From the NCBI GenBank assembly GCA_044356395.1, contig JBIKWI010000001.1, forward strand, positions 3,921 through 67,920: 64,000 bases of DNA, given 5' to 3'. Origin of the DNA: Tagaea sp. (GTDB lineage Bacteria > Pseudomonadota > Alphaproteobacteria > CACIAM-22H2). Position numbers and translations under genes: made by a program. The notes beneath the pieces were generated by a model, which did not search any database, was not told the DNA's origin, and saw nothing but the letters and a program-made list of their open reading frames with translations. Of the stretch, positions 27,924-37,899 are shown piece after piece. Numbering within the stretch: the stretch's first letter is position 1; each line of letters starts with the position of its first letter.

Positions 27924-27951
27924 CGACGCCAAGGTACGGAACGGGACTGAC

Positions 27952-28842
27952 ATGGCAGCAAGAAGCGTGAAGATCGATACGAAGTGGCGCGCGATCGCGC
28001 TGACGCCGACGGCCGCGATCTTCGTCCTGATGTCGATCCTGCCGGTGATCAACCTCATGGCGATGAGCGTCAACGAGATCACCTGGGTCGATGGCAAGTC
28101 GGTCTGGACCTATGTCGGATTGGCGCACTACCGGCGCCTTGCCGACGACACGCTTCTGCGTGCCGGCATCTCCAATACCTTCATCTTCGCCATCGCCGGC
28201 GTGACGGCGCAGGTCGTCATCGGCTTCCTGCTCGCCTGGGCGGTCAGTCGCGTGCGCAGCGGACGCCTCGCTTACCGCACGATTTTCATCCTGCCGATCC
28301 TGGTCCCCGGCATCCTGATCGGCGCCGTCTGGAAGCTCATGCTGAACTACGATTTCGGACTCGCGAACGCGTTTCTCGATCTGTTCGGCATCCATCCGGT
28401 CGACTGGCTGGGTACGCGCGCCTTTGCGCTTCCCTCGGTCATCGTCGTCGACATCTGGCACTGGACGCCCTTCTGCTTCCTGCTTCTGCTTGCCGGGTTC
28501 GAATCGCTGCCGCAGGACGTGCAGGAGGCTGCGCGTGTCGACGGAGCGACCACGTGGGACGAACTGCGCTACGTGCTGATCCCGATGATGATGCCGGTCA
28601 TCGTGGTGACGTTCCTGTTCCGCTTCGTGACGTCGCTGAAGGTTTTCGACGAGATCTACCTGCTGACGGGCGGTGGGCCCGGCTCGGCGACTGAGGTCAT
28701 CAGCTACACGATCTACCGGACCTTCTTCACGCAGGACCGGATGGGCTACGGTTCGGCAATGTCGGTGGCCGTGCTGTTCGGCATCTCGCTGCTGATCGTC
28801 GGCGCGCTGTCGGCGGCGCGTCGCCAGGGAGGCCGGACATGA
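27952..28842 (+). CDS. Sugar ABC transporter permease (MalF-like)
   Basis: EAA loop QEAARVDGATTWDELRYVLIP. Confidence 0.9.
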   Translation: MAARSVKIDTKWRAIALTPTAAIFVLMSILPVINLMAMSVNEITWVDGKSVWTYVGLAHYRRLADDTLLRAGISNTFIFAIAGVTAQVVIGFLLAWAVSRVRSGRLAYRTIFILPILVPGILIGAVWKLMLNYDFGLANAFLDLFGIHPVDWLGTRAFALPSVIVVDIWHWTPFCFLLLLAGFESLPQDVQEAARVDGATTWDELRYVLIPMMMPVIVVTFLFRFVTSLKVFDEIYLLTGGGPGSATEVISYTIYRTFFTQDRMGYGSAMSVAVLFGISLLIVGALSAARRQGGRT

Positions 28843-29669
28843 ATCCCTCCGAGCGCCGCGGTATCGGCTTGTTCCACGTCTTCCTGCTGACGGTTGCCAT
28901 CTTCGTGCTGGTCCCGTTCGTGTGGATCGTCGCGGCCGGCTTCAAGACGCAGATATCGCTGCTGCAGGGCGAGATCTTCTTCACGCCGTCGCTGAACAGC
29001 TTCCGCGAAGTTCTGTTCTCGCGCACGACCGAGTTCCTCGACAACACGCTCAACAGCTTCATCGTAGCGACCGCGAGTACGCTGGTGATCGTGTTCGCGG
29101 CGACGCTCGGCGGCTACGCGATCGAGCGGTTGGGGACGCCGCGCTGGATGGTCCACACGATGCTGGGCTGGGCCGTGGTCTTCCACATGGTGCCGCCGAT
29201 CACGCTGGTCGCCGCGTGGTTTCCGCTGTACCGCGAGATCGGCCTCGACAACACCTATCTCGGCCTCACGCTCGGCCACGTCGCAGTCCATCTGCCGATG
29301 GCGCTTTGGCTAATGACGAACTTCATCCGCGACGTGCCGGTGGAACTCGAGGAGGCCGCGCGCATCGACGGTTGCTCGACGCCCTATCTCATCTGGCGGA
29401 TCGTCGTGCCGCTTGTGGCGCCCGGGCTCGCGGCAACCGCGATCCTGATGTTCATCTTCAGCTGGAACGAGTTCGCCGTGGCCCTGAACCTGACCGCCAA
29501 GCAGACGGCGACCGTACCCGTCGCGATCGCCAAGTTCGCGCAAGGCTACGAGATCAAGTACGGCGAGATGGCGGCCACGGCCGCCCTCTCGCTGGTTCCG
29601 GCACTGGCCTTCCTGCTGTTCGGACAACGCTACATCGTCAAGGGACTTACGACGGGAGCCGTGAAGTAA
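28839..29669 (+). CDS. Sugar ABC transporter permease (MalG-like)
   Basis: EEAARIDGCSTPYLIWRIVVP; ATGA overlap. Confidence 0.9.
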   Translation: MNPSERRGIGLFHVFLLTVAIFVLVPFVWIVAAGFKTQISLLQGEIFFTPSLNSFREVLFSRTTEFLDNTLNSFIVATASTLVIVFAATLGGYAIERLGTPRWMVHTMLGWAVVFHMVPPITLVAAWFPLYREIGLDNTYLGLTLGHVAVHLPMALWLMTNFIRDVPVELEEAARIDGCSTPYLIWRIVVPLVAPGLAATAILMFIFSWNEFAVALNLTAKQTATVPVAIAKFAQGYEIKYGEMAATAALSLVPALAFLLFGQRYIVKGLTTGAVK

Positions 29670-29671
29670 AG

Positions 29672-30862
29672 ATGCCGACGATCTATGGACAGAAGTTGAC
29701 GCGCCGGGAGTTCGAACGCCGTGTCGGCGCCACGCGGCAGATCGCGGGCGTCAGCCTCGTGACGCTGGATGACGGCGCCGAGCGTGGCGTGCGTGCGGTC
29801 GAATTCCGGACGGGCGCCGGTCTCGACTTTTCGGTTCTCGTCGACCGTACGATGGATATCGGGCGGTTCGACTATCGCGGCGTGCCGTTCGCATGGCAGT
29901 CCGATACCGGATTCCGCAACCCGGCCTTCATGGATCCGATGGGCGACGGCGGTAACGGGTTCATGCGCGGCTTCTCCGGCCTCCTCTGCACGTGCGGCTT
30001 CGACCATGTTCGCCAGCCCGACACTGGGCCGGCCGATCACTTCGATCTGCCGCTGCGCAAGGAGATCGTCTATCCGATGCATGGCCGAGGCGCGTTCCAG
30101 CCGGCCCGGCTCGATGGCTACGGCGAAGTCTGGGATGGCGACGAGTGCACGCTTTGGTGCGAGGGCACGGTCGCTCAGGTCCAGGTCATGGGGGAGAACC
30201 TCGCGTTCGTCCGGCGCGTCGAGGTAAAGGTCGGCTCTTCCGATGTCCGTATCCGCGACACGATCACCAACCGCGGCTTCTCGCGTACGCCGCATCTGCT
30301 GCTCTACCACATCAACATCGGATGGCCGCTGCTGGAGGCCGGTGCCCGCTTCGTGGCGCCCATACGCGGAACGTTTGCGGCGAATGTTCCGCGAGAGAGC
30401 CAGCAGGCAGGCTGGCGCACCCAGATCGATCCTGCGTCGCGCTTCGTCCAGCAGGTTTTCGACCACGACGCCGTCGCCGACGCAAACGGTCGCGTGCCTG
30501 CCGCACTTGTCAATGACCGGATCGGCCTCGGCTTCCTCGTCGACTACGATGCGCGGCAGTTCATTTGCCTGCAGCAATGGCAGGCCTTCGGCGAGGGTGT
30601 CTATGGGTTCGGCATCGAGCCGGCGACGACCCGCTGGGGCAATCGCGCCGACGCCATGCGTCGGGACGAGATCGCGTGGCTCGAACATGGCGAGACGCGC
30701 AGCTACACGACCGTCCTGTCCGTCCTGCACGGGGCGGCCGATATCGCCGCACTCGACGCGCGCGTCGAGGCGATCCATCCCGCCGCTACCGACGAGTTTC
30801 CGGTCCGCAGCGACCAGTCGCCGGGCGGTCCGTTCGTTACAACGCTTCCGAGGGTCCGATGA
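29672..30862 (+). CDS. DUF4432-like protein (galactose-mutarotase / aldose-1-epimerase-like fold), function unknown
   Basis: 396 aa; N-terminal YGQKLTRREFERRVG...GVRAVEF...GLDFSVLVDRTMDI and C-terminal GFGIEPATTRW resemble DUF4432 / aldose-epimerase-family proteins as I recall them. Confidence 0.55.
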   Translation: MPTIYGQKLTRREFERRVGATRQIAGVSLVTLDDGAERGVRAVEFRTGAGLDFSVLVDRTMDIGRFDYRGVPFAWQSDTGFRNPAFMDPMGDGGNGFMRGFSGLLCTCGFDHVRQPDTGPADHFDLPLRKEIVYPMHGRGAFQPARLDGYGEVWDGDECTLWCEGTVAQVQVMGENLAFVRRVEVKVGSSDVRIRDTITNRGFSRTPHLLLYHINIGWPLLEAGARFVAPIRGTFAANVPRESQQAGWRTQIDPASRFVQQVFDHDAVADANGRVPAALVNDRIGLGFLVDYDARQFICLQQWQAFGEGVYGFGIEPATTRWGNRADAMRRDEIAWLEHGETRSYTTVLSVLHGAADIAALDARVEAIHPAATDEFPVRSDQSPGGPFVTTLPRVR

Positions 30863-32331
30863 GCCAGAAGCCGACCAACGTCCTTTTCATCCTCTCGGAC
30901 GAGCATACCCGCGACGTCGCGGGCTGCTACGGCCACAAGATCGTCAAGACGCCGCATCTGGACCGGCTCGCGGCGCGTGGAACCAAGTTCACCGCCGCCT
31001 ATACGAATTGTCCGATCTGCGTCCCGGCGCGGGCTGCCCTGCACACCGGGACGTACGTGGCCCAGAACGCGTGCTGGGACAATGCGCATCCCTATGACGG
31101 CTCGATCCGCAGCTGGGCGCACCGGCTCAAGGATGCCGGCCATTTTTCGATGTCGATCGGCAAGCTGCATTTCCGCTCCTCGAAGGACGACAACGGCTTC
31201 GACGAAGAAGTCATCCCGCTGCATGTCGTGGACGGAGAGGGGGATCTGCTCGGACTGATCCGCAGGCCGAAAGCCGCCACGCGCGGCGGGATGCCGGATC
31301 TCGCCAAGGCGGCGGGACCCGGCGAGTCGACCTATGCGAAGTACGATCGCAACATCCGCGATGGGGCGGTCGAGTGGCTTACGAAGCACGCCAAGGCACA
31401 GACAAAGCCATGGTGCCTGTTCGTGTCGTTCGTGAAGCCGCATTTCCCCTTGATCGCACCGCCCGAGTTCTTCGCGATGTATCCGCCGGAATCGCTGCCG
31501 ATGCCGCGTCTCTACGGTCCCGAGGACTATCCGAAGCATCCGTCGGTCGCGGCCCTGCGCAGCTGCATGAGCTACGACGACTTCTTCACGCCGGAAAAGG
31601 TGCGCGTCGCCCTTGCCGCCTATTACGGCATGGTCAGCTTCCTCGACGACAATATCGGGCAGGTGCTTGCGGCACTCGAAGCGGCCGGGCTCTCGGACAC
31701 GACGCGCGTGGTCTACTCCACCGACCACGGCGACAATCTCGGCACGCGCCACATGTGGGGCAAGTCGATCCACTACGAGGAAGCCGCCGCGATACCGATG
31801 ATCGTCGCGGGACCGGGCATCCCGGCCGGCAAGACCTGCCCCACGCCGGTCACGCTTGTCGACGTCTATCCGACGATCATCGAGAGCGTGGGGCTGGTAC
31901 CCGACGCGACGGAGAAGGCGTTGCCCGGGCGCTCGCTGGTCGATCTCGCCAACTCGCCGCCGGTCGACCGCGTGGCGTTCGGCGAGTATCACGCCGCCGG
32001 CTCGATCACCGCGATGTACATGGTCCGGAAGGGACGCTGGAAGCTCATCTACCATGTCGGCTACCGGCCGGAGCTGTACGATCTTGAAGCCGATCCGGGA
32101 GAGACCAAGGATCTGGGCGAGAGCACGGCGCATCGCGACACGCTCGCGATGATGGAAGCCGAGCTGCGCAAGATCGTCGACCCCGAAGCGGTCGACGCGC
32201 GGGCGTTCGCCGACCAGGAGGCGAAGATCGCGAAGTTCGGCGGGGTCGAGGCGCTGATCAAACGCGGCGATTTCGGCTATTCGCCCGCACCCGGCGAGAA
32301 GCCGGTTTTCGCGACCCGAATCGAGGCGTAG
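30859..32331 (+). CDS. Cys-type sulfatase, predicted cytoplasmic
   Basis: CPICVPARAALHTG (C-x-P-x-R); LFILSDEH; no signal peptide; ATGA overlap with the upstream gene. Confidence 0.9.
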   Translation: MSQKPTNVLFILSDEHTRDVAGCYGHKIVKTPHLDRLAARGTKFTAAYTNCPICVPARAALHTGTYVAQNACWDNAHPYDGSIRSWAHRLKDAGHFSMSIGKLHFRSSKDDNGFDEEVIPLHVVDGEGDLLGLIRRPKAATRGGMPDLAKAAGPGESTYAKYDRNIRDGAVEWLTKHAKAQTKPWCLFVSFVKPHFPLIAPPEFFAMYPPESLPMPRLYGPEDYPKHPSVAALRSCMSYDDFFTPEKVRVALAAYYGMVSFLDDNIGQVLAALEAAGLSDTTRVVYSTDHGDNLGTRHMWGKSIHYEEAAAIPMIVAGPGIPAGKTCPTPVTLVDVYPTIIESVGLVPDATEKALPGRSLVDLANSPPVDRVAFGEYHAAGSITAMYMVRKGRWKLIYHVGYRPELYDLEADPGETKDLGESTAHRDTLAMMEAELRKIVDPEAVDARAFADQEAKIAKFGGVEALIKRGDFGYSPAPGEKPVFATRIEA

Positions 32332-32335
32332 ACGC

Positions 32336-33865
32336 ATGACCCGCAAGCCGAACATCCTGCTCATCACCTCCGACCAGCAGCGGGGCGACTGCTACGGCTT
32401 CGAAGGCCGCAAGGTCCGCACGCCGCATCTCGACATTCTGGCGGGCGAGGGGACGCGGTTTTCCGCGTGCATCACGCCAAACGTCGTCTGCCAGCCGTCG
32501 CGCGCCTCGATCCTCACGGGCCTGCTTCCGCGCACGCACGGCGTCTGGGACAACGGTATCGACCTCGACGAGGATGTCGGAAACGCCGGCTTTGCCGGTA
32601 CTTTCGCGAAGGCGGGGTATCGCACCGGCTTCATCGGGAAAGCCCATTTCTCGACTTTCCATACCTTCAAACCGACCGGGCGACCGGAGTGCCGGTCGAG
32701 TTCGCATGAGTTCGGTGCGGACTGGTCGGGACCCTATATGGGCTTCCAGCATGTCGACATGATGATTGCCGGCCATAACATGTTCCTGCCGCAGAAGCCG
32801 CCCGAAGGCCTCCAGTACGAGGCCTGGTACCACAAGGACGGCCGAGGCGAGATGCTCAACAAGCTGTTTTCGACGAAGCTCCCGCCCGACGTGGGCGCTG
32901 CCCAGACATGGAATTCGGCACTTCCGCCGGCGTTCCACAACTCGACTTGGATCGGCGACCGCACGATCGACTTCATGCGCGACAACAAAGACAGACCTTG
33001 GGTCGCGTGGGCCTCGTTCCCAGATCCCCATCATCCCTTCGATGCGCCTGCACCCTGGTGCTATCTGCACCATCCCGACGACATTGACCTTCCTGTCCAC
33101 CGCACGAAAGACCTGGAGCGCCGGCCGTGGTGGCACAAGGCGAGCCTCGAAGGTATCCCCAAGCTCGACGATCCGGAGCTTCAGGCTTTCCGCGCCAAGC
33201 AATCGCGTACGCCCGAACAGACCGATCTCCAACTGCGCCATCTTATCGCGAACTATTACGGGATGATCTCGCTGATCGACCACAATGTCGGACGCATCCT
33301 GCTGTCGCTCGAGCGGCTGGGCCTCGACCGCGACACGCTGGTCGTCTTCACGACGGACCACGGCGACTGGCTGGGCGACCATGGTCTGCTGCTCAAGGGG
33401 CCGATCCACTACGAGGGACTTCTTCGCATCGGCTGCATCGTTCGTGGACCCGGCGTGCCGAAGGGCAAGATCGTGCCGTATCCCGTTTCCACGCTCGATC
33501 TCACATCGACGTTCTACGACTACGCTTCGCTGTCGCCGGATCGTGCCCTCCATTCGCGCAGCCTTCGCCCCTTGATGGAGGGCGATAGCACGCGCGATTT
33601 CGCCTACAACGAATGGGATCTGCATCCGTCGCGCTGCGGCGTGGCGCTCAAGCTGCGGACGGTACGCACGCGTACCCACAAGCTGACACTCGAACTCGAT
33701 TCAGGCGCCGGCGAACTCTACGACCTCGTCGGCGATCCGCACGAGATGGATAACCGGTTCGGCGATCCGGCCGTGGCCGGCGTTCAGCGCGAACTCGTCG
33801 ACATGATCCGCAGTCGGCCGGACGACGTGCGCGTTCCGGCTCCGCAACCGGTAGGAATGGCCTAG
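32336..33865 (+). CDS. Cys-type sulfatase, predicted cytoplasmic
   Basis: VVCQPSRASILTG (C-x-P-x-R); LLITSDQQRGD; no signal peptide. Confidence 0.9.
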   Translation: MTRKPNILLITSDQQRGDCYGFEGRKVRTPHLDILAGEGTRFSACITPNVVCQPSRASILTGLLPRTHGVWDNGIDLDEDVGNAGFAGTFAKAGYRTGFIGKAHFSTFHTFKPTGRPECRSSSHEFGADWSGPYMGFQHVDMMIAGHNMFLPQKPPEGLQYEAWYHKDGRGEMLNKLFSTKLPPDVGAAQTWNSALPPAFHNSTWIGDRTIDFMRDNKDRPWVAWASFPDPHHPFDAPAPWCYLHHPDDIDLPVHRTKDLERRPWWHKASLEGIPKLDDPELQAFRAKQSRTPEQTDLQLRHLIANYYGMISLIDHNVGRILLSLERLGLDRDTLVVFTTDHGDWLGDHGLLLKGPIHYEGLLRIGCIVRGPGVPKGKIVPYPVSTLDLTSTFYDYASLSPDRALHSRSLRPLMEGDSTRDFAYNEWDLHPSRCGVALKLRTVRTRTHKLTLELDSGAGELYDLVGDPHEMDNRFGDPAVAGVQRELVDMIRSRPDDVRVPAPQPVGMA

Positions 33866-34012
33866 ATGCTGTATCCAGGCAGATGGTTGCGCCCGACGGG
33901 CGACAGGCGTCCGGGATCCGGGTGGACGCAGGTAGCGAGTTCCGGCGCGCCGTGACGCGCGGCGACGTCTATCGCTATCGCCTCGATCTAAGTTAACGAG
34001 CGGGAGTCCGGC

Positions 34013-36154
34013 ATGAGCGGCCTTGCGATCAACATCGATACGAGCGGGAAGTCCGGATCTGCCACGCTCGACGGCCCGAACCCGGTCGTCGCGGGCATGG
34101 TCGGCACTTGGACGGCGACCTTCCGTACGGGGCCCGCCGGCCTGCCGGCGGGGAGTGCGGTCGCTTTCGTCCGACGCTGGCCGAGCGATTGGGATATCCC
34201 GCAGTGCCATTCGCCCGACCAGCCCGGCTTCACGACGATTTCGCTCTCGCATCCGTGCCGCTTCCGCTGGCGCACGCGCCGTTCGATCGAATGGCATCCG
34301 TTTGATCACGTGTTCGAACTCGATCTGTTTGACGCCCTGCCGGGCGGTACCGCCGTGGAAGCCCGCTTCGAAACGCGGGCCCAGACGTTCATCGAGGAAG
34401 GCTCGGCGCTCTCGGTACGCGTACGGGCAGGGACGGACGACTGGACGGAGATCGCCCAACTCGTTGTCGATGTCGTCGGTGCTTCCGCGAAGCGGGCCGT
34501 ATTGATTGCACCCAGCGACGTCGTCGCGGGCGAAGCGTTCGAGCTTGCCTGCCGCATCGAGGACGAGTGGGGCAATCCGGCGGCTCCGGACCAGCGTCCG
34601 GCCATCGACGGTGCCGTCTGCGAACCCCTTCCGGACTTGCCGGGAGTGCTGCGCTGGCGTGCGCGCATCGAAGCGCTCGGCATCGTTCGCCTCGTGGCCT
34701 GCGGAGGACTTCCGGCCGTTTCCAATCCGATCATGGTCCATGCGACCGCACCTTCCCGGCGGATCCGCTGGGGCGACATCCACGCCCAGTGCCTGATCGG
34801 TTGCGGCGCGCGGACGATCGACGCCTTTTTCACGCATGCCCGCGATTTCGCGCGAATCGACTTTTCCAGCCACCAGGCCAATTGCTTCCTCGTCTCGTCG
34901 CCCGAATGGCGAGAGACGGAGGCGGTGACCGCTCGCCACAACGAGCCGGGTCGCTTCGTCTCCCTCCTCGGCCTCGAATGGTCGGCAGACACGGCAAAAG
35001 GCGGCGACCGGAACCTCTATTTTCCCGACGATGCCGCGCCCATCACGCGCTGCAGCCACGAATATGTCGACGACAAGAGCGATCTTTCCTCCGACCTGCC
35101 ACAAGCCGAGGACCTCCATGCCCGGTATCGCGGTACGAAGACCCTGATTGCCCTTCATGTCGGTGGGCGGACGACCGATCTGCGACGCCACGAGCCGTCG
35201 CTCGAACGGCTCATCGAAGTCCATTCGACGCATGCCACATCGGAGTGGTTCATGTTCGAGGCGCTCGAGCGTGGCTACCGGATGGGCGTGACGGCCGGCA
35301 GCGACGGCGTGGACGGCAGGCCGGGTGCAAGCCATCCGGGACACCAGGCCGTCCGCAATGTGCGCGGCGGACTTGTCGCATCCCCGTTGCGGAGCCTCAC
35401 GCGGGAAGGTCTCTGGGAAGCGCTGGAGGCCCGGAACTGCTACGCCACGACAGGCGAGCGCATCCGGCTTGAGTACTCGGCCGAAGGACATGCGATGGGC
35501 AGCGAGTTCGACGCGACGATGCCGCCGGCTCTCAGCATTGCCGTCGAGGGAACCGGTCCGCTCGAGGCCGTCGAAATTTTCCGGGGAACCGGCCTGATCC
35601 ACTCGGTGGCGCTCAGGGCTGCCGATGCCCCGCTCTCCGATCGTGTAAGGATCGCCTGGCGCGGCGCCACCGCCCCCGGAAACTTCGCACGCGCGCGCAT
35701 GTGCTGGGACGGGCATGCCGCGCTATCGGCGGGAACATTCGCCGATGCCGAGGGCCATGCCTTCGATACGCCAGACGAGGGGATACTGTCAGCCAGACCG
35801 AAGCGGATCGACTGGCGCTCGGCGACGGGCGGCGATTGGGATGGCATCACTGTACGGATCGACGCGCCCGACGATGCGATTTTCACGGTCCAGACCCCGC
35901 AGATATCCACAGCGGTTCCAGTCGGCAAGTTGGCCGTCGGACCGACCTATCTGAGTGACAGGCGTCCGCATCGGGAACTCGAGATCCGTCGCCTCCCGCG
36001 TGATCCCGGCCCGACAGCCTGGCAAGGCACATTCCGCGATCCGGCCGGCGTGCCGGGCTGGAATGCCTACTGGGTTCGCGTGCGACAATGGGATGGCGCC
36101 TTCGCCTGGTCGAGTCCGATCTTCGTCCGCCTCCCCGGAGAGGCTGCCCGGTGA
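34013..36154 (+). CDS. Large (713 aa) conserved hypothetical protein, DUF3604-like (possible PHP-type metal-dependent hydrolase fold)
   Basis: Long, clean ORF with GGGAG RBS. Motifs RIRWGDIHAQC, HVGGRT...EVHSTHATSEW and GVTAGSDG recall DUF3604 / PHP-domain signatures; this assignment is from memory and tentative. Confidence 0.45.
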   Translation: MSGLAINIDTSGKSGSATLDGPNPVVAGMVGTWTATFRTGPAGLPAGSAVAFVRRWPSDWDIPQCHSPDQPGFTTISLSHPCRFRWRTRRSIEWHPFDHVFELDLFDALPGGTAVEARFETRAQTFIEEGSALSVRVRAGTDDWTEIAQLVVDVVGASAKRAVLIAPSDVVAGEAFELACRIEDEWGNPAAPDQRPAIDGAVCEPLPDLPGVLRWRARIEALGIVRLVACGGLPAVSNPIMVHATAPSRRIRWGDIHAQCLIGCGARTIDAFFTHARDFARIDFSSHQANCFLVSSPEWRETEAVTARHNEPGRFVSLLGLEWSADTAKGGDRNLYFPDDAAPITRCSHEYVDDKSDLSSDLPQAEDLHARYRGTKTLIALHVGGRTTDLRRHEPSLERLIEVHSTHATSEWFMFEALERGYRMGVTAGSDGVDGRPGASHPGHQAVRNVRGGLVASPLRSLTREGLWEALEARNCYATTGERIRLEYSAEGHAMGSEFDATMPPALSIAVEGTGPLEAVEIFRGTGLIHSVALRAADAPLSDRVRIAWRGATAPGNFARARMCWDGHAALSAGTFADAEGHAFDTPDEGILSARPKRIDWRSATGGDWDGITVRIDAPDDAIFTVQTPQISTAVPVGKLAVGPTYLSDRRPHRELEIRRLPRDPGPTAWQGTFRDPAGVPGWNAYWVRVRQWDGAFAWSSPIFVRLPGEAAR

Positions 36155-36909
36155 TCGAAATCAACATCACGCTTCGAACGACCGACGGACAGATGCCAGT
36201 CTTCATCGTCCATCCGGACGAGGGCGGTCCGTTCCCGACCGTTGTCTTCTACATGGACGCGCTCGGCATCCGGGAGGAACTGCGCGACATGGCGCGGCGT
36301 TGCGCGTCCGCCGGCTACTACGCGATGCTTCCCGACCTCTACTATCGCTGGGGATGCCCGAGCTTCGATCCCGCACCTTTGGCGCAGGGAATCCTCGACC
36401 CGAAAATGGTCGAGCTCAACAACACGCTGTCGGTACCCATGACGGCACTCGATACTTCGACCCTGCTCGAGCACGCCGCCGGCGATCCGGCAGCCCGTCT
36501 GCCGGCCGCAACGGTCGGCTACTGCATGGGCGGTCGCCATGCGCTCGGCGCGGCCGCAGCCCATTCAAGTTCGGTCGCGGCCTTCGCATCGCTGCATGGC
36601 GGGCGTCTGGTCAACGACACGCCGCAGTCTCCGCATCTGTCGATCGCGAAGACTTCGACGGCCGAAGCCTATTTCGGTTGGGCTGACGACGACCCGACCG
36701 CGCCGCCGGAGCATCTGCGCGCGATCGAGACGGCGCTTGCCGAGCGCGGCGGACGGTATCGTGTCGAGTTCCACGCGGGCGCGTTGCACGGGTTCACGTT
36801 TCCGGAGCGCTATTGCTACCACAAGCAGGCGGCCGAGCAGGTCTGGGCCCGGCTGTTCGCGATGTTTCGCCGATGTCTGCACGGGCCTGCGACACAGGGA
36901 AGGACGTAG
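36151..36909 (+). CDS. Dienelactone hydrolase family protein
   Basis: GTG start overlapping the upstream stop (GTGA); ITLRTTDGQMPVFIVHP...GYCMGGRHAL nucleophile-elbow motif of the DLH family. Confidence 0.75.
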   Translation: MIEINITLRTTDGQMPVFIVHPDEGGPFPTVVFYMDALGIREELRDMARRCASAGYYAMLPDLYYRWGCPSFDPAPLAQGILDPKMVELNNTLSVPMTALDTSTLLEHAAGDPAARLPAATVGYCMGGRHALGAAAAHSSSVAAFASLHGGRLVNDTPQSPHLSIAKTSTAEAYFGWADDDPTAPPEHLRAIETALAERGGRYRVEFHAGALHGFTFPERYCYHKQAAEQVWARLFAMFRRCLHGPATQGRT

Positions 36910-36912
36910 AGC

Positions 36913-37887
36913 ATGACGACACGTTTCGCGATGATCGGATGCGGCGGTTTCTCGCGCCGGTATCATGTCCCGACACTTTTGGCCGACACGGACGTCAGGC
37001 TCGTCGGAATTTTCGACCCGTTTCCGGCTCCGGCGGTCGGCGATCTCGCGCGCGCGACGGGTGCGCGTATCGTCGACAAGCTCGATGACCTGCCCGACGC
37101 CGATGCGGTTCTGATCACCACACCGCATATGCTGCATGCTGGACATGCCGATCACGCGATGGCGCGCGGCTGGGCTACGCTGGTGGACAAGCCGTTCGTG
37201 ATGAAGACAGCCGACGCACGCCGTCTTGTCGCCGCCGCGACGCAAAGAAAGCTGCTAAATGCGGTCGCCTTCAACCGCCGGCTCGACGCCGGCTGCCGAC
37301 GCGCGCGCGAGATCATCCGGAGCGGCGGCATCGGCGCCGTCCGCTACGTTCAGACCGTGCAACTCGGCTACGAAAAGGCCGGCTGGTTCCTCGATCCCGC
37401 TCTCGGCGGCGGCGGCGCCTACACGGGCCGTGGCACGCATATGGCGGACATCGTGCCTTGGCTGATCGATAGCCGTCCCACGCAGGTGCGCAGCCGTCTG
37501 CGCCCCGGGCCGACGGGACGGGCCGACCTCGGCGGCTTCATCGAGATCGCCTTCCCGGGAATCGAGTGCCAGCTCGCCTGCATCGAGGAAGGCTGGCACA
37601 TGTGGGACGAGATCCGGATATTCGGCGAGGACGGCATGATCGAACTGCGCCGCCCGCTTGCCATGCCCACGGGCTGGCACCTGGTCTGGCAGAGCCGGCG
37701 GGGGGCGGCGCGCGAGGAACTGGCGGCAGCACCCAACGAGGGCCTGATCACGACCGAGTTTCTGAGCGCGTTGCGGAGTGGCACGCCGGTGTCGTGCACG
37801 TTCGCGGACGCGCTTCTTTCAGTCCAGATCATCGAAGCCGCATTCGAATCCGCAGCGGCCGGCTCCAAGACGATCGCCATCGCCTGA
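36913..37887 (+). CDS. Gfo/Idh/MocA family oxidoreductase
   Basis: N-terminal Rossmann FAMIGCGGFSRRYHVP; EKP-like motif VDKPF. Confidence 0.8.
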   Translation: MTTRFAMIGCGGFSRRYHVPTLLADTDVRLVGIFDPFPAPAVGDLARATGARIVDKLDDLPDADAVLITTPHMLHAGHADHAMARGWATLVDKPFVMKTADARRLVAAATQRKLLNAVAFNRRLDAGCRRAREIIRSGGIGAVRYVQTVQLGYEKAGWFLDPALGGGGAYTGRGTHMADIVPWLIDSRPTQVRSRLRPGPTGRADLGGFIEIAFPGIECQLACIEEGWHMWDEIRIFGEDGMIELRRPLAMPTGWHLVWQSRRGAAREELAAAPNEGLITTEFLSALRSGTPVSCTFADALLSVQIIEAAFESAAAGSKTIAIA

Positions 37888-37899
37888 CGCGGAAAAGAC

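Noticed and set aside
33701-35716. 671-aa minus-strand ORF antisense to the DUF3604-like gene
   Set aside because: Antisense GC-frame artefact; low-complexity Arg/Gly/Asp composition. The plus-strand gene has an RBS and coupled neighbours.
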